A DNA stretch of 55,592 nucleotides, filler included, from Barthelona sp. PAP020 (Eukaryota), in assembly GCA_040182905.1 (NCBI GenBank). It is 3 parts of 3 records of this genome, joined end to end, with 100 filler letters (N's around TTAATTAATTAA, not from the genome) between each part and the next. Parts side by side here need not be neighbours in the genome. Positions count along the whole stretch, not along the records: positions 37,382 to 55,592 come from JARQWU010000228.1; 2 more parts are not named here. One strand, given 5' to 3'. The position numbers and the translations under genes are program-made. The stretch's first letter is position 1; every line of letters starts with the position of its first letter. The notes beneath the pieces are model-generated. The model ran no database searches. It was not told the origin of the DNA and worked only from the letters and a program-made list of their open reading frames with translations. Positions 48,926-55,592 of this stretch are shown piece by piece.

Positions 48926-50992
48926 TCAAATTTTCATTGGATTTTTCTTTGATAAAGCTCTAAAATCATTTTGAAAAATGTGATATAATTTTTTTGGATT
49001 AGTATCACACAAAATATCAAATAAAATATCTCTATCTGCCAAAACTTTCACATTATTTTTATTTTCAATGTGTTCATTTTTAAAATTTTCTCTGAAAGCC
49101 AAAATTGGTAAATAAGAATAGAATTCCAACAATGAAAATTGTTCAGATATATCATTTAATCCTGTTGAAGAAGGAATTAAAAGAGAATAATAAAACAACA
49201 AAACAAAAACTTGATTTTTTTGATCAATAACTTTGAAGGGTGTTTTCAATGATTGACTTAAACCAGAACAAAAACATAATAACCCATAACAAAGACTTAA
49301 AATCAAAGCAAATTTTGAGTTTCTTTCAATAGTTAAAATTTTCTTTTCTAAATTCAACAATATTTGAAAAATTTGAAATTTACAAGTCCCAATATTTATG
49401 ATGCATAAAGCTAAAGTACCAATTAACAATGAAAAAACTTGATTTGAAGGAAATTTTTGTTTTGAACTGTGGGTAAAAATTGAATGAAAGATTGTGTCAA
49501 CTTTTTCATCAACAAAGCTTGATTCAACCAAAGACATTCTCAATAACAATGCTACATCAAACAAAAATTCCTCATCTGAATATTTTGCATTTGAAAATAA
49601 AAAATGACGGTATTCATCAATTTCTGAGTCATCAAGAACAAGTAAATTTGCTAATAACAATATTATATTGTACCAACTTGGATTTTTCTTCATTTGCTTA
49701 ATATTACATAAATATTCTCTAAATATCGTCGAATATCGAAGAAAACAATCTTTTCTAACATCTTCATTAAACCATACAATACTTAATGAACATATACCAG
49801 CAGCACGATACCACAATGGATAATTGTATCCTAACATCTTTCTAAACAAATCTAAAATATTCCGTGGAGTATCTTGGGTCTGTCCAGCATAAACAAGACT
49901 TAAACTTGTTGCCTGAACAAAAGGTTTGACAAAACTCAAGGCGGACATTTCAGAACGTTTCTCTTTGCTATATAATACATCAAAACTTTCAAAACTATGA
50001 GAAATTGTCTCAAATTCAAAAGCTTTTGCTTTACCTTCTCCAAAATGTAAGATGCCATAACCAAGCATCATGGATAATTGATAGAGATCAGCAGCATAAC
50101 CTTGTTCTGTTACTTTAAAGGAAAGATATTTGTCAACGCTTTCATTGCCTGTGCCTATGTTCGAAAAACATACTCCTAAAGTGATGGAGCTCTTTGCTAA
50201 CATACTGCCTGCTTTTAAGATTCTAACAATATCAACTTCTTTCAATTGAAGTAAATGACCTGTCAACCCCAATCCAAAAATCAATCCAGCATTCGTTACA
50301 TTTGGTTCACACCCCTCAATTGATGATAACACCCAAGATCGAGTCATGTTTGACTGAACAAAAGATATTCGCAAAGAAGAAGCAATAGCATTTCTTAACA
50401 AACACAGATTTTTGATCAATTGACGATTAAGATTGTGACCACTCGGGATAATAACCTTGGAAGAATTAACAACCCCATCAAAATTAAAATTGGGCACAGA
50501 AAATCTCTCTCCAAGCAATAGCACATGCGTAAAAGCAGATATAAATCCTCGGGCAATAGGAAAAGCAAATCTGAGCGGCTGATAAGTAATTAAAGCTCGA
50601 ATGGCATTGTTTAATAAATTAGATGGAATTTCTAATGGAACACTTGTATCAATATGCTTTATTAATGAACGTAAAGTAGAACATCTGGGGCAACAGTAGC
50701 ATGAAGAATATTGGAAAATATTTGTTAAAATATTACTATCAAATGACTGTTCTGAATGAACACTTTCTTTGACTGAACGAAATGGATTTTCAGATAAAAA
50801 TGATACAAATGAACAAATAACCAATAAAAATTCATCTAAAGTTTCAACCAAATCTAAATTTGCAACATTATCTAGTTTTTTAAGATATTGACAAATGGAA
50901 AATAATCTTGCAATAAATAAATGTTGATTTTCTTCATGTTCTATTTCGAAAAAAAAACTTAATAATTCATCTGTTTTTTCATCATACATCAT
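48926..50992 (-). CDS. APC1-like PC-repeat protein (short, divergent)
   Basis: NAGLIFGLGLTGHL matches the APC1 HAG-L--LGL-GHL motif, followed by further PC-like repeats (ITLGV--SNIGT, MLGYGILHFG). Confidence 0.6.
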   Translation of the reverse strand: MMYDEKTDELLSFFFEIEHEENQHLFIARLFSICQYLKKLDNVANLDLVETLDEFLLVICSFVSFLSENPFRSVKESVHSEQSFDSNILTNIFQYSSCYCCPRCSTLRSLIKHIDTSVPLEIPSNLLNNAIRALITYQPLRFAFPIARGFISAFTHVLLLGERFSVPNFNFDGVVNSSKVIIPSGHNLNRQLIKNLCLLRNAIASSLRISFVQSNMTRSWVLSSIEGCEPNVTNAGLIFGLGLTGHLLQLKEVDIVRILKAGSMLAKSSITLGVCFSNIGTGNESVDKYLSFKVTEQGYAADLYQLSMMLGYGILHFGEGKAKAFEFETISHSFESFDVLYSKEKRSEMSALSFVKPFVQATSLSLVYAGQTQDTPRNILDLFRKMLGYNYPLWYRAAGICSLSIVWFNEDVRKDCFLRYSTIFREYLCNIKQMKKNPSWYNIILLLANLLVLDDSEIDEYRHFLFSNAKYSDEEFLFDVALLLRMSLVESSFVDEKVDTIFHSIFTHSSKQKFPSNQVFSLLIGTLALCIINIGTCKFQIFQILLNLEKKILTIERNSKFALILSLCYGLLCFCSGLSQSLKTPFKVIDQKNQVFVLLFYYSLLIPSSTGLNDISEQFSLLEFYSYLPILAFRENFKNEHIENKNNVKVLADRDILFDILCDTNPKKLYHIFQNDFRALSKKNPMKI

Positions 50993-51088
50993 ATCATTAA
51001 ATTAGGAAGTTAAATGGATAAAAAAACTGTGTTTTATTTTTTGGCAAACAAATTTTTTTATTTTATCAATATCAAGAAAAGATGGATA

Positions 51089-53257
51089 ATGATTGAAATT
51101 ATAGAAAATTTAATTGAAAATGAATTGTATGATTCAGCGGAAATGTTAATATTTAGTGATCTAAATTGCAATGATGAAAAATTATTTCTTTTATTGTTAA
51201 AATGCATGTTTTTGAAAAAAAAATATTCCAGATTTTTATATTATATTGAAAAATTTGAATTTAAAGATAAAGGCTTATTTAAGAAATTAAATATGAAAGA
51301 AAAAAATGATTTCATTTATTATTACATCAATTGTTTAGTTGAAATGGATGATTTGTACACAGCAACTCGTATTTATAAACAATATGGAATGACAATTGAA
51401 ACATTAACTTTAAAGAATCTTAATTTGATTTGTACTTGTTTTAAACAGGCATATAATATTCATGAATACATAGAATCTGTCTTTATTTTGTTGAAACGAA
51501 ATCCCAATGCAATTGATTACGCATTTGATGTGGCAAATTATACAACTTATGCTAATAGCAATCGGTTATCAAAATTCTTCTCTGATTTAGCATTGCAAAC
51601 TAAGGAATCATGTAACTATGTGTCACAAGTGTATGTGTCATTGGCAAAACGTGCAAAATTCAATTATACTGATGCTCTTATTGTTCTTTTAGAGCAAAAT
51701 GATACTGAAAACTTATTAACTCATATATCTCCCAACAAAAAAAATTTACAAAGTCCAGCATTGATTGATGGTCAGGAGGATTTTCCTTTTACCCCTGAAT
51801 TGTCGCCATTTTCAATCAGAAGTCATCCTTCAACAAATGCCAGATCTGTATCGACATGGAAATCACCAAATAATTCAACTATTCAACAAGGAGCTTTCAA
51901 TCAATTGGATGTTGATGGTTTAACTCCAGATAAATTGAATTATTTGGAGAATTCGTTTGGAAATTCATTGTCTGGATCTTTAAATAACACTCTTGGAAAC
52001 ACTCTTGGAAATTCTCTTGGAAATTCGTTTGAAGAAACTCCAGTTGGAGCAAATTCCTTGGACAATTCCATTTCTCATTTTATGTCGATTGATTCACCGA
52101 ATTCTAAAGATCAAATACGTACCAATGTTATTTTAAAGTCTCCATCACATCAAAGGGGTGGATTACCTTTGTTTGGATCGGTTGGACAGTCTTTAAATAG
52201 CTCTATGAGCTTTGCTGGTACAAATAGTTTTGTTCCACTCAGTCCCACCTCAAAAGATGATGTAGAATCGAAATTAGAGCTCAAAAAACCGGAAGCCTTA
52301 CGTTCTAAGTCTCGTTCAGAGAATAAAGGTGGAGTAACACCACTTATGTTTGATTCTGAGATTATTCCAAACATACCATTGCTTTCCCAAGTTGCCAGAC
52401 TCTTTGTTCGAGTATGTGATGATCAATCTGCTTTGGCAATCTACAAAAAGGTATTTCTTTTTGATCCACATTTTGAATCTCATTTCTTGTGCTATTTAAG
52501 ATTGTTGTATGAATATGAGCAAAATGAGTTACATATAGTTACTCAACAAGTACTTTCAAAACAAATGAATGTTAACAATGCGTTATGCTTGATTGCTTTA
52601 CAATTATCAATGAATGTTTTGCAAGAAACAAAACAAGTTGAAGCTTTGGAAGCAAAAATAAACAAATTGCCTGAATACATTATTAGAAATCCGGAATTTC
52701 TGTGCACAAGATCTTTGGTATCCTTACCTCAGGAAATGTTTTTGCAAAATCTTTGCCAGTACTCAAGTGATCTTGATTATTCTTTGCAATATGCTCGAAG
52801 TCTTCATAAATCACAGGCACAACGGTTGTTGAAAACTTTACTGAACTCAATAGAAAAGTATCACTGTGATACTGCAGTTGCTTTGATTTATGTCACGTTT
52901 TATTTGTCTGAAAAATGCAATCCCAGTGTTGTATCAAACAAAGAACTTCAAAGAATTGTTGATTTGTGTGATAAAGGGCAAATGTTATTAGCCAAAGAAC
53001 AGCAAAGAGTTAACGTTGCGTCAAAAGGGTTATTCAGTGGTGTGAGCTCAAAATTGGGGGATTTATCGATTTTTGTTCGATCTCGGTATTATTATTTACA
53101 AAGAAATCCTGATGCAGCCATTAAATTGTTATCTAGACATGGTTTATCTTTTAAAGACAGTCATATAGATGATTTATTTGCCAGATGTTATTCTTTGAAA
53201 GGTAACAATCCAGCTTTGGTTATTGAGCATTTTACAAGGTGTCAAATTGAAACTTGA
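51089..53257 (+). CDS. TPR-like protein resembling APC/C subunit APC3(Cdc27)/APC7
   Basis: N-terminal IENLIENELYDSAEML, a central S/T-P-rich disordered insert, and helical repeats afterwards. ATG 51089 is preferred over 51014. Confidence 0.5.
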   Translation: MIEIIENLIENELYDSAEMLIFSDLNCNDEKLFLLLLKCMFLKKKYSRFLYYIEKFEFKDKGLFKKLNMKEKNDFIYYYINCLVEMDDLYTATRIYKQYGMTIETLTLKNLNLICTCFKQAYNIHEYIESVFILLKRNPNAIDYAFDVANYTTYANSNRLSKFFSDLALQTKESCNYVSQVYVSLAKRAKFNYTDALIVLLEQNDTENLLTHISPNKKNLQSPALIDGQEDFPFTPELSPFSIRSHPSTNARSVSTWKSPNNSTIQQGAFNQLDVDGLTPDKLNYLENSFGNSLSGSLNNTLGNTLGNSLGNSFEETPVGANSLDNSISHFMSIDSPNSKDQIRTNVILKSPSHQRGGLPLFGSVGQSLNSSMSFAGTNSFVPLSPTSKDDVESKLELKKPEALRSKSRSENKGGVTPLMFDSEIIPNIPLLSQVARLFVRVCDDQSALAIYKKVFLFDPHFESHFLCYLRLLYEYEQNELHIVTQQVLSKQMNVNNALCLIALQLSMNVLQETKQVEALEAKINKLPEYIIRNPEFLCTRSLVSLPQEMFLQNLCQYSSDLDYSLQYARSLHKSQAQRLLKTLLNSIEKYHCDTAVALIYVTFYLSEKCNPSVVSNKELQRIVDLCDKGQMLLAKEQQRVNVASKGLFSGVSSKLGDLSIFVRSRYYYLQRNPDAAIKLLSRHGLSFKDSHIDDLFARCYSLKGNNPALVIEHFTRCQIET

Positions 53258-53502
53258 TTGGAAAATTATAATAAATTAATTTTATTTTTGTTTAATTGAG
53301 CATTTGTTGGGCATTTATTATTTATTGTTTTTTGAGCAAATGAATAGTCTTGTAACTCAAACAAATTCATCATAAAAATAAATACTACAAAAACAAAATT
53401 GTTGAAAAAGTATCTGACCCAGTTTTATCAAGAAAAAAAAAACAATTTCAAAAGAGGATATTCTTACTTTTTTTATTCTTATTTCAAAATGAACTTATCA
53501 AC

Positions 53503-54726
53503 ATGAGATCACGATCAGCATTTGGTTTTACAACAAACACGATGACTAAATCATCAAAGAAAAATAATTTTTTATCCAGTGACAACAATGTAAGTTTTGA
53601 AAAGTCCACACCAAAAGTTTCAAGAGGATATGAAAATTTGGTACAATATGAACAACAAATGTTAAAAATGATAAATCAACAGAATACTTCTGAATCAACA
53701 TTATTATCCAAGTGGGAATTGTACAAATCGATTTTGAAATTATTTTCTGAAAAGTTTGAAACATTTGGTCCTATTTTTTTTCGATTGAAAAATGTAGTAG
53801 AAGAGTTGATTGAAGACTTCAATTTGAAATTGGATGAAAAACAACAGAATTTAATTGAAACATTACAATCACAAGCAAAAATAATAAAAGAAGCTGATAC
53901 TATTAGAGATAGAAGTTTGAAAATGGATAGAAAAATGAATGAAGAAAGAAAATTGATGAAAGAAAAATTTTTGGCTTATGAGAATCAATTGAAAGAGAAA
54001 GAAGAAGAAAAGTATTTAATGAGTGAAAAGATAAGATCTGCTGAAAAACAAGTCGAATTGAAGCAAAAACAAATTGATGAATTGTACATTGATTTGTCAG
54101 AACAAAAAGAGCGACAAGACAGTTGGATACAAAATCAAGCAAAAGAATCAGTCACTGTATATCGAGATTTAGAACGAGAAAGGGCAATTTCCTCTGCTTT
54201 AAAATCAGAAGTCTTTTCTTTGAGAGAACGATTAAATGGGGTTGAAATTCATCAAAAAGCATTGATCAAAAAATTAAAAACTGAATTAGCTGAAGTCAAA
54301 AGTGAATTATCAAATTATCAAGAGCACAAATCAAAAACAATAAATGTTTTTCGCAGTTTAATGGAAGAAAAAGGTCAAATTGAAAAAGATTTTTGTTCGA
54401 CTCAAGAAGAATTGAATGAATTGAAAAAAAAATTTTCTGTTATAAATGACAGCTTTGCAATTAATACCCCTAGACCTTCGAAACCTTCGATTGATAAAAC
54501 AAAAACATTATTGAAATCATTATCGACAAAAAAAATTGAATTTCAAGAAAATCAGGCCATATCTACCAGGGAATTGTTTGATCATTTAATGAATGAATTT
54601 GAGACAATCAAAAATAAGTATGATTTGCGTTCAAATACAGAGGAAATTGAGTCTAATATTATCAAGCATTCTCGAAAGAGAAGGAAAAGTATTACCAAGG
54701 ATTTGCTGATGCCAAATTTAAAGTAA
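53503..54726 (+). CDS. Coiled-coil protein, TSNAXIP1-N-like
   Basis: WELYK-I---F-EKF-TFGPIF-RLK---E, a coiled coil and a TPRP motif. Confidence 0.55.
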   Translation: MRSRSAFGFTTNTMTKSSKKNNFLSSDNNVSFEKSTPKVSRGYENLVQYEQQMLKMINQQNTSESTLLSKWELYKSILKLFSEKFETFGPIFFRLKNVVEELIEDFNLKLDEKQQNLIETLQSQAKIIKEADTIRDRSLKMDRKMNEERKLMKEKFLAYENQLKEKEEEKYLMSEKIRSAEKQVELKQKQIDELYIDLSEQKERQDSWIQNQAKESVTVYRDLERERAISSALKSEVFSLRERLNGVEIHQKALIKKLKTELAEVKSELSNYQEHKSKTINVFRSLMEEKGQIEKDFCSTQEELNELKKKFSVINDSFAINTPRPSKPSIDKTKTLLKSLSTKKIEFQENQAISTRELFDHLMNEFETIKNKYDLRSNTEEIESNIIKHSRKRRKSITKDLLMPNLK

Positions 54727-54983
54727 TTCGGGTTGAGGCATATCATTGGACATTTGTAAAGTCAACTATTTAACTTTTTTTTTCATTTCTTTTTCTCTCA
54801 TGAATCATTGAGGCAATAAATTTGTGTTATAAATTTATAATGGTTATAAATTGTCATTTGAAATGCTTTAAAAGTTTTAGCTTTACCTTATTTCTGAATG
54901 AGTACACAAACTCAGTAAAAATAAAAAAATAAAAAAATGTTATGTTCAGATAAATAATATACAAGATTTACAGAATTTCATCA

Positions 54984-55469
54984 TTATTTCATATGCCGAG
55001 AATACATTGTGGCCCGAGAGGTTTTTGGTTCAGAAAAGAATTCCAAAAAATTAGTATTCTGAGGTTTTGATGGATAATTTCGAGATGATGCAATCTTTGG
55101 ATCATAAACCAATGGTTCTTCAAGTTTGTGAAAGTTGGATATGATTGTACCAGGATTCTTTTCAGGAAATGTTTTTTTACCATTCCGTATTGGTATAATT
55201 ATATCTTTTGATATATTTATGTTAACTCGTTTTCCAACAGATCTTTGTTCAGATTTTTGAGGCGATAAATGACGTCTTTCAGGTGAATGATATTCATTCT
55301 TTGAATTTTCAAACTGTTTTAAAAAATGTCTATTTTGAGCTCTTGGTTTTTCAACAATTTTAGGTGTTGGCAATCGTCTTTTTTTAGGTCCCAGATTAAA
55401 GTGTGATTTTGAACCTTCAATTTCTGCAACATCATTAAATTTTGTTGTATCTCCAAATATAACTACCAT
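54984..55469 (-). CDS. Hypothetical basic protein
   Basis: 161 aa ATG-started ORF with no recognised motif. Confidence 0.6.
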   Translation of the reverse strand: MVVIFGDTTKFNDVAEIEGSKSHFNLGPKKRRLPTPKIVEKPRAQNRHFLKQFENSKNEYHSPERRHLSPQKSEQRSVGKRVNINISKDIIIPIRNGKKTFPEKNPGTIISNFHKLEEPLVYDPKIASSRNYPSKPQNTNFLEFFSEPKTSRATMYSRHMK

Positions 55470-55492
55470 AATTCTCGAAAAAGAGAAAAAAA

Positions 55493-55592
55493 CAGAAAAA
55501 AAATAATATTTGGTCTCATCAAATAAGTTTTCATTTACGTTTATAGACGCCCTGATTATCGTAACAGAGAGAGATAATCACATACGTAGACA
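55493..55592. repeat. Conserved 100-nt non-coding block, copy 2 (cut by window end)
   Basis: Ungapped match to 5366-5465. Confidence 0.85.

Noticed and set aside
444..55183. Numerous 60-130 aa ORFs overlapping or antisense to long genes
   Set aside because: These are shadow frames of AT-rich coding sequence with no motifs; many use TTG/GTG starts.
283..55469. Alternative genetic code (stop reassignment as in hexamitids or ciliates)
   Set aside because: Conserved genes are uninterrupted, and TAA, TAG and TGA all end genes at expected positions.

Overview
AT-rich, very gene-dense eukaryotic nuclear DNA read with the standard genetic code. It comprises three contigs joined by artificial N44-TTAATTAATTAA-N44 linkers (18703-18802, 37282-37381), so adjacency across the gaps is unproven. 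Ciliary/centriolar genes (CCDC81-, SPATA17-, CFAP70-, TSNAXIP1-, FAM184-like), rare 36-66 nt introns with the branch point next to the acceptor, and a bacterial-type CoA-disulfide/persulfide reductase suggest a flagellated, probably anaerobic protist (metamonad-like; inference). I call about 30 CDS, one tRNA-Asn(GUU) and a dispersed inverted-repeat family. The best leads are: (1) an RPL27 intron with no GT/GC-AG solution that keeps the conserved residues, best read as AT-AG; (2) an intronless bacterial-type CoADR-rhodanese gene beside a TcdA-like gene; (3) a 100-nt structured non-coding block repeated directly upstream of two unrelated genes 50 kb apart; (4) a multi-hairpin ncRNA candidate upstream of RPL27; (5) a TIR/foldback repeat family that may carry decayed LRR-gene sequence; (6) Nbp35 with a doubled N-terminal Cys motif; (7) shrunken APC1-like and APC3/7-like genes head-to-head. 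All product calls come from motif recognition, not database searches.
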